From contig CAXXTH010000018.1 in the NCBI GenBank assembly GCA_963668025.2, forward strand, positions 160,001 to 224,000: a DNA stretch of 64,000 bases, read 5' to 3'. This document shows positions 58,592 to 64,000 of the stretch, in pieces. How positions within the stretch are numbered: position 1 is the stretch's first letter; every line of letters starts with the position of its first letter. The DNA is from Candidatus Hydrogenedentota bacterium (GTDB lineage Bacteria; Hydrogenedentota; Hydrogenedentia; Hydrogenedentales; SLHB01). The position numbers and the translations under genes are program-made. Below the pieces are notes generated by a model that did not search any database, was not told the DNA's origin, and saw nothing but the letters and a program-made list of their open reading frames with translations.

Positions 58592-60214
58592 ATGCGTGCT
58601 ATATACGCCCTGGCTTGGGAACAATGGCGACTAACCAGGCAGGCCCTGTATGTCGCTATAAGTCTTTCTTTGTTTATTGTTTTACCAAGAATGCTTATAT
58701 ATATTTCGCTATCTCAAGTCTCGATGCCGGGACTTATTGCTGATGATATTGTCAATATAGACATGGGCGGAGCCATTGACACGATATTCTTCTTCGTAGG
58801 CGTGTATTTTCTTTTTGCGTGTTCGGATGCGTATGAGATTGGCCCAAGTCCGCAGCGCCATCATTTCGTGCTTCCTCGACGCACCCGAAAAGTCGCAGCG
58901 GCTGTTTTCTTTTCCCGCATCTTCTTTTTTGGACTGAGCCTGTACGCCATGCGCACGCTTCATGCGTTATCATTCCCCAACTATCTTTTCTGGCCAGAGC
59001 AATACGAAATTCTCCTACACACCGTAAAATGGACCTCCCTTCTGGCCATTGCCCAGGCTATCCTTTGGTGGCCGATGTTTGTGCGAGTCATTGTCGGCGT
59101 ATCGGGATTCTTTGTCGTGTTGCATTTCCTGGTGAATCCGCCTCCGGTGTTGCTGAACTTGGTCAACGGTACCACCGGTTTGGTTCTGGCGTTTGGCGTG
59201 ATTATGGCCGCGAGTCTCTGTTTTGCGGAACGGGGATGGAGCCGCTATCGGCATGGCGTCACGGCGTTGCCCGGCTTCGTCCTGCGGCTTGGCGATGCCC
59301 TCCCAACCATGTTTTCGCCACGCACGGATAGTCCATGTTCCAGCAAGTGGACACAGCTATGGTTCGAGTGGCGCATCTTCGGCGTTTATATTTGGCTTAT
59401 CGCAATGGCGATAGTCTTCGTGCCATTTCTCTTTTACGTTCCCTTTATCTGGAAGACTCCATCTTCTATTGCGAGTTATTTTTCCGTACAATATGCGGTG
59501 GGACCTATGGCGGCCGCGGTTATTTGGAACCTCCTATTTTTCATGAAAAGCCCGTTTGAACACGGAAATGCCGACGTGGCGGTAAAAATGGCGCTTCCGG
59601 TGCGGACTTCCGTGCTCGCCACATCACGGCTCTATGCCGGTCTGTTCGGCTTGACGTCCAGTTATGCCGCCATAGCGATACTCTTTACTGCTTGTAACCT
59701 GTTCACAAACATTCAACCTTTGCCACGCAGCCTGGTCTTCCTCGCGCCTGTGCTATTCATAATCACATGGGCCTTGCTATGGCTAGGATCGCCCAAAACA
59801 TACATATTGATTGTTGCCGTCGAGTTCATCCTCTTCGTGCCATCTGGCTGCCTTGCAATAGCAGGCTCTTATGGAAGTCCCTTTTGCTATGATTTCCTGC
59901 TTTCTGCCGCAATAATCACCGTTGTGACGCTCGTTATACTCGTTTCCGTGTTTCGGGAAGACGTGCCCATAAGAGGCAAGCTATTCGCGGTTTTTCTCAT
60001 ATGGCTGCCATTGGCGGTTTTCCTTCACATGAAGGGATATTTCGCTTTTGATTTCCCTGGTTCATACACCAACGCTTTGCGGATGTTCATGGCCGCCTCG
60101 TTCGCTTTGTTGCCCGCGTTGCCGCTGTTGACTGTCCCGCTATCCATCGAACGCATGCGCCACGGAGAGAAACGCGTCGCAAGATTTCAGATCATTCGCC
60201 ATGAAGAGAATTGA
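58592..60214 (+). CDS. Polytopic membrane protein, putative ABC-2-type permease (array copy 3)
   Basis: ATG 58592 after ggaggagg; MRAIYALAWEQW, LPRRT, WFEW, MALP..T...SRL, LPLLTVPLSIERMRH. Confidence 0.75.
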   Translation: MRAIYALAWEQWRLTRQALYVAISLSLFIVLPRMLIYISLSQVSMPGLIADDIVNIDMGGAIDTIFFFVGVYFLFACSDAYEIGPSPQRHHFVLPRRTRKVAAAVFFSRIFFFGLSLYAMRTLHALSFPNYLFWPEQYEILLHTVKWTSLLAIAQAILWWPMFVRVIVGVSGFFVVLHFLVNPPPVLLNLVNGTTGLVLAFGVIMAASLCFAERGWSRYRHGVTALPGFVLRLGDALPTMFSPRTDSPCSSKWTQLWFEWRIFGVYIWLIAMAIVFVPFLFYVPFIWKTPSSIASYFSVQYAVGPMAAAVIWNLLFFMKSPFEHGNADVAVKMALPVRTSVLATSRLYAGLFGLTSSYAAIAILFTACNLFTNIQPLPRSLVFLAPVLFIITWALLWLGSPKTYILIVAVEFILFVPSGCLAIAGSYGSPFCYDFLLSAAIITVVTLVILVSVFREDVPIRGKLFAVFLIWLPLAVFLHMKGYFAFDFPGSYTNALRMFMAASFALLPALPLLTVPLSIERMRHGEKRVARFQIIRHEEN

Positions 60215-60215
60215 A

Positions 60216-60280
60216 TTGATATGCACGCCTATTCGCGCCCTGCTTCGGGAACAATGGAGATTGCGGCGAATAGAAACCCA
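60216..60280 (+). pseudogene. Stub of a fourth permease copy
   Basis: Reads ..TPIRALLREQWRLRR, matching the conserved N-terminus of the three permeases, then runs into a hairpin repeat. Confidence 0.7.
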
Positions 60281-60325
60281 TTTCACCACAAAGACACAAA
60301 GGCGCAATGAATTGCTTCTGATTCC

Positions 60326-60607
60326 GTAACACTTTAGCGGACTGAAGCAAGAGCTGCTTTTTTTTTAGACATGATTTACAAGATGAACAAGATTGAACAA
60401 GATCGCCAGGATTATTTACAGATTTGAAAGTTAATCTATGAAGTGTCCGGGCGCGTTCTTTTGTGTAGTAAAATTGCCATTAAAAAAATCTTGTCTCATC
60501 TTGTAAATCATGTCAAAAAAGAAATACCTCCATCATAGGCGGTTTATTATGTATTCTCAGTTCAAAAAACGTCCCGATGCTTTTACTTCAGTCGGCTAAA
60601 GTGTTAC
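60326..60607. mobile_element. 282-bp MITE with 29-bp terminal inverted repeats and 8-bp target-site duplication
   Basis: Ends gtaacactttagcggactgaagcaagagc / gcttttacttcagtcggctaaagtgttac (26 of 29 complementary), flanked by ctgattcc at 60318-60325 and 60608-60615; no transposase ORF. Confidence 0.88.
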
Positions 60608-60650
60608 CTGATTCCTTGTGTCTTCGTGCCTTTATGGTGAATTGTTTGAA

Positions 60651-63021
<2,371 letters not shown>

Positions 63022-63025
<4 letters not shown>

Positions 63026-63405
63026 GTGCTCGTTTTCCTCGGGATTCGTATCGTCAGATAGCCACAGTCATATTGGGCTTCGATGTGTTCCGCATCCGCC
63101 TCTTCCGGCAACCGGAGCGTCCTCGCGAAATCTCCATACGGGATCTCCATTTGGTGGACATGCAGCGTGTCCGGCGGTACTTGCTTTGTGCGCGCGCCAG
63201 TGATATCGAGAACACCCTGCTTCACCATGACATGCACTTGGCCTTCCCGCACGCCAGGTATCTCCACCAGCACAATGATGTCGGATTCGCGCTCATACAC
63301 ATCAATGGGGGGCTGCCAGGCGGCGTTTTGCATACGGCCCAGCGCATCTTGCTCCCGAAGCCCAGCCGAGTGGATATGAGCAAAAAAACGGCTATATTCT
63401 CGCAT
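63022..63405 (-). CDS. Hsp20/alpha-crystallin small heat-shock protein
   Basis: WQPPIDVYE, VEIPGV, EIPYGDFARTLRLP, AQYDCGYLTIRIP; stop overlaps the lon start. Confidence 0.92.
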
Positions 63406-63511
63406 GGCGGCATCCTCGCATAATCAAACTGATAGAAGTATAGCTCCCATTTCGGTAGTGGCGCAACGCGGCGGCAAAGGATGATGCGCACCTATCGGGA
63501 ATGAAAATTAT

Positions 63512-63589
63512 CGCAGAGTCGCAGAGAACGCGAAGTTTCGCAGAGGGAGTGTTACTCTGCGCTTCTTAGCGTCCTTTGCGTTCTCTGCG
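63512..63589. repeat. Hairpin of tandem cgcagag/ctctgcg units
   Basis: cgcagagtcgcagagaacgcgaagtttcgcagag ... ctctgcgcttcttagcgtcctttgcgttctctgcg. Confidence 0.75.
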
Positions 63590-63899
63590 TTCAATATGTC
63601 TTCGGTTATATATATCACTGCTCGTACATAGCTTGCTTGTCATGTTCATCGGACGAATCATTGTTAGGAGTTTTCCGACATTTCTCAGGCCATTTTGCTT
63701 CTGCAGTGAATCGTTGTACTTTCGGGATGCTATTTATTCGCCACGCCATTACCCTTTATGATTGGCCACCTGAGGTAGCAGGCGCTGGTGATAACACCTC
63801 AGAGGCCAGGTGCATCGGTCTAGTGTCTTTTATTCTCTCGGCGAATCACTCTCCGTCATATATTTCAACACGCTTAATGACGTATCAACTCGCATATCC

Positions 63900-64000
63900 T
63901 CAGGCCTCTTTTGCCGTTTGATCCCGGAAGAAAACGCCAAACACTATCGCCGTCACAAGGCCTATAACCGCGCAGGTATACCAGAATGGCGAATAATTGA
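63900..64000 (-). CDS. 3' end of a membrane protein (MFS-like last helix) entering from beyond the window
   Basis: Translates NYSPFWYTCAVIGLVTAIVFGVFFRDQTAKEA*. Confidence 0.5.
   Translation of the reverse strand, partial: NYSPFWYTCAVIGLVTAIVFGVFFRDQTAKEA

Noticed and set aside
56734-60642. Possible CRISPR array or integron attC sites from the recurring repeats
   Set aside because: Repeats are kilobases apart and separated by whole genes. There are no 30-40-bp spacers, cas genes or integrase, and no RYYYAAC/GTTRRRY box pattern was recognised.

Overview
Bacterial chromosomal window of about 55% GC with clearly AT-richer patches. It is probably from Candidatus Hydrogenedentes or a related lineage; this is inferred from the two DUF1559 pilin-like proteins with the [14 protein letters not shown]...NHVPGGxNxLYMDGHV signature. 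From left to right it holds: a secreted-protein cluster (two tandem beta-helix paralogs and a divergent S8 subtilase); a deletion scar joining a half ECF sigma gene to the tail of a paralog of the next gene; an ArnT-like glycosyltransferase; nupC-thiD; a TPR lipoprotein and FkbM methyltransferase; an ECF sigma/anti-sigma/DUF1559 operon; a membrane-anchored C25 gingipain-like protease; a type ISP-like restriction-modification gene carrying an in-frame palindromic insertion; a ~21 kb minus-strand glycan-utilisation cluster; a LacI regulator whose promoter/operator and N-terminus are duplicated 3.5 kb away; recF-dciA; a YtrA/GntR ABC exporter operon with a tandem array of divergent low-GC permeases separated by conserved hairpin repeats; a MITE with an 8-bp target duplication nested in such a hairpin; and hsp20-lon. 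The glycan cluster contains a LamG surface protein, a nucleoside hydrolase, a DUF1559 pilin-like protein, a TPR/sugar-binding/permease triple fusion, a sulfatase, two propeller hydrolases, two GH42-like paralogs and a double sialidase-like protein. Five +1 frameshifts (RM gene and lon) all fall in base runs and are probably sequencing errors. Four unrelated secreted proteins share a DxDxDG-repeat + [LV]P + TM + basic C-terminal anchor. No rRNA, tRNA or CRISPR array was seen.
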